64,000 bases of DNA from Rhodothermales bacterium (GTDB lineage Bacteria > Bacteroidota > Rhodothermia > Rhodothermales > BA12), in the NCBI GenBank assembly GCA_963841855.1, contig CAWJEJ010000001.1, forward strand, positions 1,042,789 to 1,106,788. The letters are read 5' to 3'. This document shows, in pieces, positions 36,715-46,719 of the stretch. The translations under genes and the position numbers were made by a program. The notes beneath the pieces were generated by a model, which was not told the origin of the DNA, did not search any database, and worked only from the letters and a program-made list of their open reading frames with translations. How positions within the stretch are numbered: the stretch's first letter is position 1; the number at the start of each line of letters is the position of its first letter.

Positions 36715-38463
36715 ATGGCCCCCCGCTGGAATCTCCGCGAGGTGCCGAACGACGCAGCCGTTGGCGCGCTCTCCGCGCGTCTCAACGATCTGCCCGACGC
36801 TCTCGCGCGCACTCTGGTGCTGCGCGGCATCGACTCGTTCGACACCGCCAAACGCTTCTTCCGCCCCACCCTCACCGCGTCGCACGACCCGTTTCTGATG
36901 CGCGGCATGGACGCCGCCGTCGACCGCATCATCCAGGCTATCGGCGCCAGCGAAACGGTCGTCGTCTACGGCGACTACGACGTCGACGGGACGACGGCGA
37001 CGGCGCTGATGACGCGCTTCCTGCGGTCGAGCGGGCTGCCCAATACGACCTACTTCGTCCCCAACCGCTTCAAGAACGGCTACGGCTTGTCGCCCGGCGG
37101 ACTGGACGAGTGCCACGCGCGTGGAGCGACGCTGATCGTTGCGCTCGACTGCGGCGTGACGGCGGTCGAGGAGGCCAAGTATGCAAAGGAATTGGGCATT
37201 GACCTCGTCATCTGCGACCACCACAAACCGGGCGACGAACTGCCCGACGTAGCCGCGCTGCTCGACCCCAAACAGCCCGACTGCGACTACCCGTTCAAGG
37301 AGCTTTCGGGCTGCGGCATCGGCTTCAAAGTCGTCCAGGCCGTACTCGCGCGCCAGGGCCGATCGCCCGCCCTCGCACTGCCCTACCTCGACCTGGTCGC
37401 CGTCTCGACGGCTGCCGACATCGTCGATTTGGACGGCGAGAACCGCGACCTGATGTTTGCCGGGCTCGAACGCCTCCGCGCCGATCCGCGCCCCGGCTTT
37501 CGCCACCTGGCCGAGACCGCCAGAACCGAACTGACGACCGCGACGGTCGAGAACGTCGTCTTTACCATCGGCCCGCGCATCAACGCGGCGGGTCGCATGG
37601 GCAGCGCTGACAAAGCGGTCGAGTTGCTGCTGACCGAGAGCGAAGAAGACGCGTTCAATCTGGCACTCGACCTGGAGCACATCAACGGCGAGCGCCGCGA
37701 ACTCGACCAGCAGATTCAGCAGTCGGCGATCCGGCAGGCCAAGGAGCAGACGAGCACGTGGGCCAAGAACAGCGCCGTGCTCTACGATTCCAGTTGGCAT
37801 CTGGGCGTAATCGGTATCGTGGCGAGTAGGATCGTCGAGCAGTTCAACCGCCCCGCCGTGATGATGTGCGACAGCGGTCCTCTGGTCAAAGGCTCGGCGC
37901 GTTCGATCGCGGGCATCTCGATCTATCAGGCGCTCCAAAAGTGCGAAGACCTGCTCGAAGCGTTTGGCGGGCACGACTTCGCCGCCGGACTGACGATCAA
38001 ACCCGAAAACGTCCCCGCTTTTCAGCGCCGCTTCGATGCCGCCGTCGGCGAGGCGCTGACGCCCGGCCTGCTCACGCCGTCGCGCGACTACGACGCCGAC
38101 GTATCGCTCGCCCACTTGGACGCGCGCTTCTGGGCCGTTCTCAAGCAGTTCGCTCCGCACGGCCCGCAGAACCACACGCCGGTCTTCCGCGCCCGAGATC
38201 TGCGTGTGACCGGAAATCCGCACACCGTCGGCCGCGACGACGCCCACCTCAAACTCAGCGTATGCCAGAGCGATGGGAGCGGCGAACCGTTCGACGTGAT
38301 TGCTTTCCGCATGGGAGACAAGCTGCCCATCGTGCAGCAGAGCGTTCGCAGCGGGCAGCCGCTCGACCTGCTCTTTTCGCTGGGCGAAAATAATTTCCGC
38401 GGCCGCACGACGCTCCAGCTCAAAGCGCGCGACTTACGTCTGATGGAATTGCCGATGGAGTGA
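36715..38463 (+). CDS. recJ: single-stranded-DNA-specific exonuclease RecJ
   Basis: 582 aa with DHH-family motifs (VVVYGDYDVDGTTA, NRFKNGYGLS, LVICDHHKP) and a DHHA1-like GGHDFAAG. Confidence 0.9.
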   Translation: MAPRWNLREVPNDAAVGALSARLNDLPDALARTLVLRGIDSFDTAKRFFRPTLTASHDPFLMRGMDAAVDRIIQAIGASETVVVYGDYDVDGTTATALMTRFLRSSGLPNTTYFVPNRFKNGYGLSPGGLDECHARGATLIVALDCGVTAVEEAKYAKELGIDLVICDHHKPGDELPDVAALLDPKQPDCDYPFKELSGCGIGFKVVQAVLARQGRSPALALPYLDLVAVSTAADIVDLDGENRDLMFAGLERLRADPRPGFRHLAETARTELTTATVENVVFTIGPRINAAGRMGSADKAVELLLTESEEDAFNLALDLEHINGERRELDQQIQQSAIRQAKEQTSTWAKNSAVLYDSSWHLGVIGIVASRIVEQFNRPAVMMCDSGPLVKGSARSIAGISIYQALQKCEDLLEAFGGHDFAAGLTIKPENVPAFQRRFDAAVGEALTPGLLTPSRDYDADVSLAHLDARFWAVLKQFAPHGPQNHTPVFRARDLRVTGNPHTVGRDDAHLKLSVCQSDGSGEPFDVIAFRMGDKLPIVQQSVRSGQPLDLLFSLGENNFRGRTTLQLKARDLRLMELPME

Positions 38464-38643
38464 CAAACAGAGCGCGCAAGGTCATTACGCATAGGCCTTA
38501 GGGTGCTGCGGGAGCAGGTGGATAACTGATATACGTCGATGCGGCAATTATTTCTCCGCCCGATGTCAAATCGTGAATGTGTAGTGATTACATTTGGCGC
38601 TCGTTCGTTTTTGCGCATCTGTCCCCTCCACCACTTTCACGTC

Positions 38644-41526
38644 ATGAATCGACTTCTACTCATCCTGCTAGTCGTGCTTGCCGCCGCTCCGGTACGCGCC
38701 CAACTCAGCCCCACCCTCGCTCGCATGGTTGGCGGCGCGGAAACCTCATTCGTACCCGGCGGAACGGCCAGCGCCCTCGGCGTGGCGGACGACCGCATGA
38801 TCGGAGTCGTCATCCGGACAAACGATCCGGCTGCGCTCAGGCTGCGCGGAGTGCAGATCGTCTCCACCTATCCCGGACTCGTGACGGCCCGCGTGCCCCT
38901 CGCCCAAGTCGAAGGACTGCTGGCGCTCTCTTCGGTAGCCGCGGTCGAACTGGAGTACGAAGTATCGCACAACGACGCCGCAGCTGTTCTGACAGGCGCG
39001 CGCGCGCTCAACCAGGGCATCGTCGGCAACCGATCCTACGAAGGAACGGGCGTGCTGGCCTGCGTGCTCGACAGCGGCATCGACTGGCGGCACATGGACT
39101 TCCGCGTCGCGGGCGATCCCACCAAAACGCGCATCCTGCGCCTGTGGGACCAGACCGACACGGCCAACGGCTCGCCGGATGCCCCGGGCGTCATCGGCGG
39201 TGTCAACTTCAGCTACGGCGCCGAGTGGGACAAAGCCGAAATGGAGGCCGCCTTCTCCAACCCAACCGCCATCCGCCAGACCGATACGGACGGCCACGGC
39301 ACGCACGTAGCGGGCACGTTGGCGGGTAACGGAGGCAGCCTGACGCCCGCCCAGCACGTGGGCATGGCACCCAAGGCCGACCTGATCGTCATCAAGGCAG
39401 GCAACGGTTCCTTCTCGTCGGCCAACATCATCAACGGCATCACCTACTGCGACGAGGTAGCCACGAGCCTCGGCCGCCCCGCCGTCATGAATATGAGCCT
39501 GGGCTCGACGATCGGCGCGCACGATGGAACGGACAGCAAGAGCGCTGCCATCAACGCGTTTGCGGCCAAGGCAGGCCGCGTGCTCGTGCAGAGTGCGGGC
39601 AACGCGGGAGGCGACGGTATCCACGTCGAGCGCACCGTTCCCGCGGGCGGATCGGCAGCGGGCATCGTGATCTCGGCGGCAGCGGGCGGCGCGGGTTCGC
39701 TTGGCATCGACATCTGGGTGGCTGGCCAGCAAGACGTGAGCGCGACCGTCACGACGCCCGGCGGAACGGTCGTTCAGGTGCCCAACATGACGAACGCGAC
39801 CGTTCCCACGCCTGAAGGCAACCTCTACGTTTTCAACTTCCTCCAGGCGCAGAACGGCGACCGCCGCATCTACATCCAGCCGGACGTAGCAAGTCAGGGA
39901 GCCGTTCAGTCGTGGACGATCACCCTCTCCAACGCAGGCGCTGCGGCAGCGACGGCCCACGGTTGGCAGTTCGCCGGAGGCAGCGTAGTGGGTAGCGTGG
40001 CGGGAGGCAACGGCGCCTACACCATCGACAACGCGGCTGCGGGCGGCATCGCGGTCGGAGCGTACATGCACCGCTTCGGATGGTGCTCGCCCACCGGTTG
40101 CCGGGGATACCCGTCAGCGGGACAGGACGGCATCACGAGCTTCAGCAGCCTCGGTCCGTCACGCGACGGGCGCACGCTGCCCCATATCACGGGTCCGGGT
40201 CAGCTCATGATCTCGACCAAGTCGATCAACGAGGCGGCTAACACCACGTTCGACATGCCGGGCGGTCTCCACTCGGGCAAGAACGGCACGAGCATGTCAT
40301 CGCCAGCCGTCGCAGGTGTCGTCGCGCTGCTGCTCGAGCAGGATGCTACGCTGACCGGCGCTCAGGCAAAGGCGCTCGTCCAGGCCAACGCTCTAACGGA
40401 ACCGCGGATGGGCGCTTTGCCCAACAACACGTGGGGACCGGGCAAGGTCAACGCCTTCAATGCCATGACCAAACTCATCGAATCCACGAGCACGATCACG
40501 ACCGAAGTGATTTCGTACGCCAGTGACCTCAACTCATCGTCGGACGTCACCAACGCTACGCCCATCAGTCTACGCTTCCGCCATGGACAGACGGACAATG
40601 CGCGTCTTCGAGGCGTCATGTTCTACGCGTCCAGCACCGTCAACCTCACCGACGACCTGGACATCGAAGTGTGGAGCAACCAGGGCGGCGTGCCTGGGGC
40701 CAAACTGAGTGGCGGCACATTCGATGACGCTGCGGCCCAGAAGTTCGGGTGGAATTACGCCTCGCTCGATGCCCTGGAAACCGACCTCATGCCAGGCGTC
40801 GATTATCACCTCGTGCTGCGCCCGCGCGGAAGTAACAATCTGTTTGTGCGGCGCGCCACGGCTGCCCAAGGCAACAGCTTGCAGCTCAGCGGTGCAACAT
40901 GGTCGCAGACTACGTCGCAGTGGGGCATCCGCCCGGTCGTCTCCACGACTGATCCGTCGAGCCTACCCGTCGAACTGACGTCGTTCTCCGTAGCGGCAGA
41001 AGGTCAAGACGCGCGCCTCGTCTGGCAGACCGCGAGCGAAACCGCCAACGACGGCTTTACTGTCGAGCATCAGGCGCCCGCTCGTGAGTGGTCACGTGCT
41101 GGCTGGGTCAAAGGAGCAGGGACGACGCTCGAAACGAACTCGTACGCCTTCCGCGTGGCCGACCTCGCACCTGGCGTTCACCGCTTCCGCCTGCGCCAGA
41201 CCGACCTCGACGGCACGACCGATCTCTCGCCCATCGTAGAGATCGCAATCGAAGCTGCCCACGAGTTGGGCTTCGCATCGGTGGCGCCTAGCCCGGTCAC
41301 GTCGCGCAGCCAGGTTGCCTTTACGGTCCCCCGCGATGGCGAGGCCCGCCTCGAACTCTTCGACTCGCTAGGCCGCTTGGTCGCCGTTCTGCACGACGGC
41401 GAGGCTCAGGCAGGCAACTTGACGACGTCCGAACTCGACGCAGTCCAGTTGAGCGCGGGCGTCTACGTGATGCGCCTGAGCCAGAGCGGCAAGCAGGTTA
41501 CGCGCTCGGTCGTCGTAGCTCGCTAA
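38644..41526 (+). CDS. subtilisin-family (S8) serine protease with a T9SS C-terminal sorting domain
   Basis: Signal peptide MNRLLLILLVVLAAAPVRAQ. The catalytic triad contexts are VLDSGID, DGHGTHVAGT and GTSMSSPAVAG. The C-terminus ...LELFDSLGRLVAVLHDGEAQAGNLTTSELDAVQLSAGVYVMRLSQSGKQVTRSVVVAR has the T9SS tail pattern. Confidence 0.85.
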   Translation: MNRLLLILLVVLAAAPVRAQLSPTLARMVGGAETSFVPGGTASALGVADDRMIGVVIRTNDPAALRLRGVQIVSTYPGLVTARVPLAQVEGLLALSSVAAVELEYEVSHNDAAAVLTGARALNQGIVGNRSYEGTGVLACVLDSGIDWRHMDFRVAGDPTKTRILRLWDQTDTANGSPDAPGVIGGVNFSYGAEWDKAEMEAAFSNPTAIRQTDTDGHGTHVAGTLAGNGGSLTPAQHVGMAPKADLIVIKAGNGSFSSANIINGITYCDEVATSLGRPAVMNMSLGSTIGAHDGTDSKSAAINAFAAKAGRVLVQSAGNAGGDGIHVERTVPAGGSAAGIVISAAAGGAGSLGIDIWVAGQQDVSATVTTPGGTVVQVPNMTNATVPTPEGNLYVFNFLQAQNGDRRIYIQPDVASQGAVQSWTITLSNAGAAAATAHGWQFAGGSVVGSVAGGNGAYTIDNAAAGGIAVGAYMHRFGWCSPTGCRGYPSAGQDGITSFSSLGPSRDGRTLPHITGPGQLMISTKSINEAANTTFDMPGGLHSGKNGTSMSSPAVAGVVALLLEQDATLTGAQAKALVQANALTEPRMGALPNNTWGPGKVNAFNAMTKLIESTSTITTEVISYASDLNSSSDVTNATPISLRFRHGQTDNARLRGVMFYASSTVNLTDDLDIEVWSNQGGVPGAKLSGGTFDDAAAQKFGWNYASLDALETDLMPGVDYHLVLRPRGSNNLFVRRATAAQGNSLQLSGATWSQTTSQWGIRPVVSTTDPSSLPVELTSFSVAAEGQDARLVWQTASETANDGFTVEHQAPAREWSRAGWVKGAGTTLETNSYAFRVADLAPGVHRFRLRQTDLDGTTDLSPIVEIAIEAAHELGFASVAPSPVTSRSQVAFTVPRDGEARLELFDSLGRLVAVLHDGEAQAGNLTTSELDAVQLSAGVYVMRLSQSGKQVTRSVVVAR

Positions 41527-41544
41527 GCGGCATCTCCTGAACGC

Positions 41545-41583
41545 AAACAGCCGCCGCCCGAGGCGATCGGGCGGCGGCTGTTT
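41545..41583. terminator. bidirectional intrinsic terminator between the convergent S8 protease and fabG genes
   Basis: Perfect 17-bp stem aaacagccgccgcccga / tcgggcggcggctgttt with loop ggcga. The A/T runs at the stem ends give a U tract on either strand. Confidence 0.8.
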
Positions 41584-41610
41584 CGTTGAGAGGCGAGGGT
41601 CGATGCTCGA

Positions 41611-42357
41611 CTACATCGCCATCCCGCCGTCGACGTGGAGGGTGTGACCGGTGACGTAGCCTGCTGCATCCGACGCCAGGAAGGCAACGGCGTTGGCGAT
41701 GTCTTGGGGCGTGGCGCCGCGTCCGAGTGGGGTGATGCCGAGCATGGCCTCGCGCGCTTTGTCGCCCATGCCCGCCGTCATGTCGGTTTCGACGAAGCCC
41801 GGCGCGACGACGTTGGCGCGCACGCCGCGTCCGCCCAGTTCTTTGGCCAGGCTCTTGGTGAAGCCGATGATGCCCGCTTTACTCGCTGCGTAGTTGGTCT
41901 GCCCGGCGTTGCCCATCACGCCGACGACCGACGACAGGTTAACGACAGCGCCGCCGCGCTGCTTCATCATCGGCCGGTACGCCGCCTTGCAAAACGCGAA
42001 CACGCTCTTCAGGTTGGTGCCGATGACGGCGTCCCAGTCGTCCTCGGTCATGCGGATCATCAGCCCGTCGCGCGTGACGCCCGCGTTGTTGACCAGAACG
42101 TCCAGACTGCCCCACTCTTCGACGACAGCATCGACGACGTGGGCCGCGTGCGCCACGTCCGATGCGTCGCCCTGGAAGACGAGCACATCGGTCCCGCCCG
42201 CGCGGAGTTCGTCGGCTAGCGCGCTGGCTTCCTCCTCACGACTGCGAAACGTGAACGCGACCTTGGCGCCTGCTGCAGCGAGCGTCTGAACGATGGCGCG
42301 ACCGATGCCGCGCGAGCCGCCCGTGACGAGCGCCGTTTTTCCTTCGAGTGAGATCAT
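41611..42357 (-). CDS. fabG: 3-oxoacyl-ACP reductase
   Basis: 248 aa with TGGSRGIG cofactor motif and the NYAASKAG active-site context. It lies in the conserved fabH-fabD-fabG order. Confidence 0.9.
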   Translation of the reverse strand: MISLEGKTALVTGGSRGIGRAIVQTLAAAGAKVAFTFRSREEEASALADELRAGGTDVLVFQGDASDVAHAAHVVDAVVEEWGSLDVLVNNAGVTRDGLMIRMTEDDWDAVIGTNLKSVFAFCKAAYRPMMKQRGGAVVNLSSVVGVMGNAGQTNYAASKAGIIGFTKSLAKELGGRGVRANVVAPGFVETDMTAGMGDKAREAMLGITPLGRGATPQDIANAVAFLASDAAGYVTGHTLHVDGGMAM

Positions 42358-42370
42358 GGGATGTGGGAAT

Positions 42371-42396
42371 GCGCCGTTATGTATAACGGCGGTACG
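42371..42396 (-). repeat. REP-like hairpin, F type
   Basis: gcgccgttatgtataacggcggtacg, an inverted copy of 35125-35150. Confidence 0.65.
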
Positions 42397-42450
42397 AGGA
42401 ATGGAGATAATGCGTAGCGCCGTGATACCTAACGGCGAGAGGCCAACCGA

Positions 42451-43389
42451 TCAGCTGTCTAAAAGCGCCGTCAGTTCTTCGGCCGTGCCCAGCGTGAGCG
42501 TTTGGGCCATGCGCCCCAGCGTGCGCTTGACCAGGCCCGACAGCACGTTGCCACTGCCGACTTCGACGAAGCGCGACAGCCCCGCCGTTTGCATCGCCGA
42601 TAGGGTCTGCGACCAGCGCACCGGCGCCGTCAGCTGATCGAGCAGGCGCGCGCGAATCTCGTCTGGATCGACGGTCGGCGCGGCGGTGACGTTGAGGTAG
42701 ACCGGGCAGATCGGCGATTCGATGGCGACGTCGGCGAGGGCGTTGGCCAGTCCGGCGCGGGCGGCTTCCATCAGCGGCGAGTGAAACGCGCCTCCGACGG
42801 CGAGCCCAACGGCCTTGCGCGCGCCAAACTCCGACGCCTGAGCAATCGCCCGAGCGACCGCCTCTTCGTGTCCCGAGATCACCACTTGGCCAGGCGAGTT
42901 GTAGTTGGCCGGAACGACGACACTGCCCGCCGCCGATGCCGCGACGCACAACGCCTCGACTTGATCGTCCTCGGCGCCCAGAATCGCCGCCATCGTGCCG
43001 GTCTGCGCCTGGGCCGCCGCCGCCATCTGCTCCCCGCGCAACCGCACCAACCGCAGCCCGTCGGCGAACGAGATCGCGCCCGCCGCCGCCAGCGCGCTGT
43101 ACTCGCCCAGACTGTGCCCCGCCACGGCCGACGGCGTCAGCTTGGGCGCGGTGACGGCCCACGCCGCCATGCTGTGCACGTACAGCGCCGGCTGCGTGAC
43201 TTCGGTGGCGCGCAGTTTCTCAGCCGCATCGTCCGAGCCCGAAGCATCGAACATCAACGCCGTCAGCCCAAAGCCCAGAATCTCGTCCGCCTGCTCCAGC
43301 CGAGCCCGCGCGTCGGGAAACGTGTCGAACAAATCGAGCGCCATGCCCGGTTTCTGCGCGCCCTGCCCAGGAAAAAGAAGTGCGTCCAT
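42451..43389 (-). CDS. fabD: malonyl-CoA:ACP transacylase
   Basis: 312 aa, starting FPGQGAQKPGM, with the GHSLGEYSAL active-site Ser motif. Confidence 0.9.
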   Translation of the reverse strand: MDALLFPGQGAQKPGMALDLFDTFPDARARLEQADEILGFGLTALMFDASGSDDAAEKLRATEVTQPALYVHSMAAWAVTAPKLTPSAVAGHSLGEYSALAAAGAISFADGLRLVRLRGEQMAAAAQAQTGTMAAILGAEDDQVEALCVAASAAGSVVVPANYNSPGQVVISGHEEAVARAIAQASEFGARKAVGLAVGGAFHSPLMEAARAGLANALADVAIESPICPVYLNVTAAPTVDPDEIRARLLDQLTAPVRWSQTLSAMQTAGLSRFVEVGSGNVLSGLVKRTLGRMAQTLTLGTAEELTALLDS

Positions 43390-43444
43390 ATCTACCTCGT
43401 GTAAGGGCGGCGCGTGCGTCGCCCAGGGTCAAAAAAGCGCCAGT

Positions 43445-44488
43445 TTACAAACCTGACATCTGATCCAGCGGAGTCCGCTCGTCCGGGCCGTGCTCGAAAG
43501 CCGATCCGTCGTAGCTCCACTTGACGTAGCTAGCGCCCCACGTAAAGCCGCCGCCGAACGCTGCCAGCACCAGATTGTCGCCCGGGCGCAGGTCGCGTTC
43601 CCACTCGGCTAGGCACAGCGGAATCGTCGCCGCCGTCGTGTTGCCAAAGCGGTCGATGTTGAGCATCACCTTGTCCATGCCGATGTCCATCCGGCTCGCC
43701 GTCGCCGAGATGATGCGCAGGTTGGCCTGGTGCGGCACCAGGAAGCGCACGTCGTCGCCCGTCAGGCCGTTACGCCCCATCACGTCGACAGCCGCTTCGG
43801 CCATGCCGACGACGGCGCGCTTGAAGACGGGGCGTCCGTCCTGCTGCAAGTAGTTTTGGTTCAACGCGACCGTCTCGGCGCGCGTCGGGCGCAGGCTGCC
43901 GCCGCCAGGAATCGAGAGCAGATCGCCGCCCGAGCCGTCGCTGTGCTCGACCGAGTCGATGACGCCGGTGTCGTCGGTCGACGGTTCGAGCAGGACCGCT
44001 CCGGCGCCGTCGCCAAACAGGATGCACGTGTTGCGATCCGCGTAGTCGATGATGCTCGACATCATGTCGGCGCCGATCACGAGTACGCGCTTGTGCTTGC
44101 CACTTTCGATGAACTGCGCGCCCGTCGAGAGCGCAAACAAAAAGCCCGAGCACGCCGCGACCAGGTCGAAGCCCCACGCGTCGCTTTCCAGATTCTCCTG
44201 GACGAGCGAAGCCGTTGCCGGGCAGTGCATGTCGGGCGTCGTCGTGCCGACGATGATCAGGTCGATGTCGGCTCCGGTCAGGCCGCGCTTTTTGAGCAGC
44301 ACGCGCGCCGCTTCGGTCGCCATGAAGGCCGTCGCCTTGCCCTCGCCCTTGAGGATTCTGCGTTCGGAGATGCCCGTCCGCGAGCGGATCCACTCGTCGT
44401 TGGTGTCGACCATCGTTTCGAGGTAGGCGTTCGTCAAACGGTCGGGCGGCACGTAGTGTCCGACGGCGGTAATCGCGGCGCGGGGCAT
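43445..44488 (-). CDS. fabH: 3-oxoacyl-ACP synthase III
   Basis: Start moved to [15 protein letters not shown] (complement of 44486-44488). The upstream part of the track ORF reads through a REP. The AACSGF active-site Cys context is present, along with C-terminal GFTWGA. Confidence 0.9.
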   Translation of the reverse strand: MPRAAITAVGHYVPPDRLTNAYLETMVDTNDEWIRSRTGISERRILKGEGKATAFMATEAARVLLKKRGLTGADIDLIIVGTTTPDMHCPATASLVQENLESDAWGFDLVAACSGFLFALSTGAQFIESGKHKRVLVIGADMMSSIIDYADRNTCILFGDGAGAVLLEPSTDDTGVIDSVEHSDGSGGDLLSIPGGGSLRPTRAETVALNQNYLQQDGRPVFKRAVVGMAEAAVDVMGRNGLTGDDVRFLVPHQANLRIISATASRMDIGMDKVMLNIDRFGNTTAATIPLCLAEWERDLRPGDNLVLAAFGGGFTWGASYVKWSYDGSAFEHGPDERTPLDQMSGL

Positions 44489-44603
44489 AAGCAGCAGGGT
44501 GGGCAGGTGAGAGCCGAAAGGTACGGCGCCCCCGCCCGGGCAATCCGAGTGCCTTTGCAAGCAAGAGGCGCCCCTTCCCTGCTCCCGTTCTTCCAGACCG
44601 TCC

Positions 44604-44644
44604 TTCCTGCGCAGACACGCGTGTCGCAGGCAGGAATCCACAAC
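44604..44644 (-). repeat. REP-like element, C type (GTGG-adjacent hairpin; minus strand reads gttgtggattcctgcctgcgacacgcgtgtctgcgcaggaa)
   Basis: ttcctgcgcagacacgcgtgtcgcaggcaggaatccacaac. It is related to 49125-49165 and, inverted, to 63718-63747. Confidence 0.7.
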
Positions 44645-44713
44645 CGCAGCCGCATTTGATTCTGCACCGATCCTTTTTGCTATTTAGTGGACCGGCTTCG
44701 CCGAACTGTTTGA

Positions 44714-44744
44714 CTGGCTGGATCCCCGCGTTCGCGAGGATGAC
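44714..44744 (+). repeat. REP-like element, C-type relative (ctggatccccgcgttcgcgaggatgac)
   Basis: It has the same architecture as 63718-63747 (gtggattcctgcatgcgcaggaatgac): a GTGG/CTGG tetranucleotide, a hairpin, then aatgac/gatgac. Confidence 0.55.
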
Positions 44745-44810
44745 TATGAGCGAGGATTGTGGTAAACCGAAAATGCGAACGGTGGCATGTTGCTGGCAGC
44801 AGGCCGCGTT

Positions 44811-45821
44811 CTACTCGAACTTGGCAAACGACTCGGCGACGGCCTCGGTCACGCCTTGGCGCGCCAGTTCAGCACCAGCCTGGATCATGCGCTCGATGGC
44901 GCGGGGCGTCGAACCGCCGTGCCCGATAATGACGTTGCCCGATACGCCCAGGAGCGGCGCGCCGCCATAGTTCTCGTAGTTGAACGGGCGCTTGATCTCG
45001 GACAGCACGCGGCCGACGAGTTGCTGCTCTTCGGGCTCCAGTTTCAGACGCTGCATCGCCTGGGCCGCCATTTGGGGCAGCGCCGTCGTGATCGACTCGC
45101 CCAGTTTGAGGAGCACGTTTCCGACGAACCCATCGGCCACCATCACGTCGGCCGCGTGGTGCATCACGTCGCGTCCTTCGATGTTTCCGGCGAAGCGGAT
45201 GCCATAGGCCTCGCGCAGCAGATCGTAGGCCGACTTGGCCTGGGCGTTGCCCTTGCCTGGCTCCTCGCCGATATTGATCAGGCCGACCGTGGGCTTGTCT
45301 GCGCGAAGGATGCGCTCGGCATAGATGCTGCCCATCCGCCCGAACTGGACCAGATATTCGGGCTTGCAATCGACGTTCGACCCAGCGTCGAGCAGCAGCG
45401 CGAGCCCCTTGGTCGTCGGGTAGAAGCCGACCAGCGACGGGCGGTCGATGCCCGGGATGCGCCCCAGGATCACGAGGGCTCCAGCCATAACGGCGCCCGT
45501 GTTGCCTGCGCTCACAAACGCGTCGGCCAGATCGGCCTTGTGCGCGGCCAGTCCCAGGTGGATCGACGAGCGGCGCTTGTTCTTGATCGCGTACGACGGC
45601 GACTCGGCCATCTCGATCACATCGGGCGCGTCGTGGAGTTCGATGGGCAACTGATCGCCTCCGAGCGCGGCGCCGAGCAGCGGCCGGATGCGGTCGGCAG
45701 GTCCGAAGAGGAGGACGCGCAGGTTGGCGCCTCCCGAGCGAGCCGCCCGGACGGCTCCTTCTACTACGACGCCGGGCGCGTCATCGCCTCCCATAGCGTC
45801 TACGGCAACAGTGATGGGCAT
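44811..45821 (-). CDS. plsX: phosphate acyltransferase PlsX
   Basis: Start moved to MPITVAVDAMGGDDAP (complement of 45819-45821). 336 aa, in the conserved rpmF-plsX-fabH synteny. Confidence 0.9.
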   Translation of the reverse strand: MPITVAVDAMGGDDAPGVVVEGAVRAARSGGANLRVLLFGPADRIRPLLGAALGGDQLPIELHDAPDVIEMAESPSYAIKNKRRSSIHLGLAAHKADLADAFVSAGNTGAVMAGALVILGRIPGIDRPSLVGFYPTTKGLALLLDAGSNVDCKPEYLVQFGRMGSIYAERILRADKPTVGLINIGEEPGKGNAQAKSAYDLLREAYGIRFAGNIEGRDVMHHAADVMVADGFVGNVLLKLGESITTALPQMAAQAMQRLKLEPEEQQLVGRVLSEIKRPFNYENYGGAPLLGVSGNVIIGHGGSTPRAIERMIQAGAELARQGVTEAVAESFAKFE

Positions 45822-45973
45822 GGAAGGCTTCGGAGTCGGGAGGGAGGAGTAGGAAACGCGAAACGCCGCGCGCAGCGGCTCCGCAGGCACAAAGCTACGG
45901 AACGCGCTGCACGCGGCGGTAGATCGAAGCGTCAGCGAGCAGGGCCATCGGCCCACGACTCATCGACGCAGCG

Positions 45974-46165
45974 TCACACGGCTTCGGTCACGTTGAGCAC
46001 TTGCCGGCCGCGGTAGGTGCCGCAGGTGATGCAGGCGCGGTGCGTCTGATGCTGGGCGCCGCAGGTCGAGCACGCCGTCAGCGTCGGAGGGCTCAGGCGG
46101 TTGTAGTACTGCGCCCTACGGTGCGAGCGGCGGGCTTTGGACGATTTGCGTTTCGGGTGGGCCAT
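45974..46165 (-). CDS. rpmF: 50S ribosomal protein L32
   Basis: 63 aa, MAHPKRKSSKARRSHRRAQ..., with two CxxC pairs (CSTCG, CITCG). Confidence 0.9.
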   Translation of the reverse strand: MAHPKRKSSKARRSHRRAQYYNRLSPPTLTACSTCGAQHQTHRACITCGTYRGRQVLNVTEAV

Positions 46166-46218
46166 TGCGGTGTGCCGGAGTCCGGCGGATTAGAGTCGAG
46201 TGGAAGTAAAGAGCGAGG

Positions 46219-46719
46219 TCAGCCCTCGTTTTTGCGGTCGAGCAGCGCCTGCCAGCGCGAGTCGATTACGTCGCCGGCCGAGTCTTCGAGCGCGCCGAAC
46301 GTCGTTGGAATCTCGGCGTCCTCGGCTCCGGGCGCGATGCGGCGCTGGGGAAGCGAGAGCATCAGCGTATCTCGGATGGGCGTCGTGAGGTCGAGCGACG
46401 TCTGGCCTGCGTCGAGTGGAAGCAGGTCATCGGTCGGTTCGGATCCGGCGTCGAGTGCGTGCGCAGCGGCAGCCGAGAAGACGACCTCGTGCGCACCCTC
46501 CACCTGCTCGTCGAAGTCGACGAGCGTCCGGTCACACACCAGTTCGGCGAGGGCCGAAGTGCGAAGCGTGACGTGCGCCTGGTGATCGGACAGGTCGAGG
46601 CGGATGCCAACGGTGATATCGCGAAACGCCTGATCGCCCAGGTCGAGATCGCCGGGCGACGGGTGCAGCGTGAACGTGTGGACGCCCGGAGAGAGCGCGG
46701 AAATGCGGAGATCGATCAT
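46219..46719 (-). CDS. yceD: DUF177/YceD-family protein
   Basis: 166-aa acidic protein directly upstream of rpmF, which is the conserved yceD-rpmF arrangement. Confidence 0.7.
   Translation of the reverse strand: MIDLRISALSPGVHTFTLHPSPGDLDLGDQAFRDITVGIRLDLSDHQAHVTLRTSALAELVCDRTLVDFDEQVEGAHEVVFSAAAAHALDAGSEPTDDLLPLDAGQTSLDLTTPIRDTLMLSLPQRRIAPGAEDAEIPTTFGALEDSAGDVIDSRWQALLDRKNEG

Noticed and set aside
36679-38247. 522-aa minus-strand ORF
   Set aside because: It is fully antisense to recJ, which has unambiguous DHH/DHHA1 motifs. The translation is Arg/Ala/Gly/Val-rich and low in complexity, as expected for the antisense frame of a high-GC gene.
38589-38596. TACATTTG, matching the Bacteroidota -7 promoter consensus TAnnTTTG, 48 nt upstream of the S8 protease start
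   Set aside because: It is a single occurrence with no convincing -33 TTG partner. I did not find the motif upstream of other genes in the window, so it is not supportable as a promoter call.
44630-44644. DnaA-box-like aatccacaa / agtccacaa inside C-type REPs (also 49157-49165 and 63718-63728), two of them near the origin
   Set aside because: They match TTATCCACA at only 7/9 positions and lack the leading TT. The motif is an integral part of a dispersed repeat that also occurs 16 kb from the origin, so the match is probably coincidental.
44787-46016. 409-aa plus-strand ORF
   Set aside because: It is antisense to plsX and rpmF, which lie in conserved synteny and have recognisable sequences. 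This is a shadow ORF.
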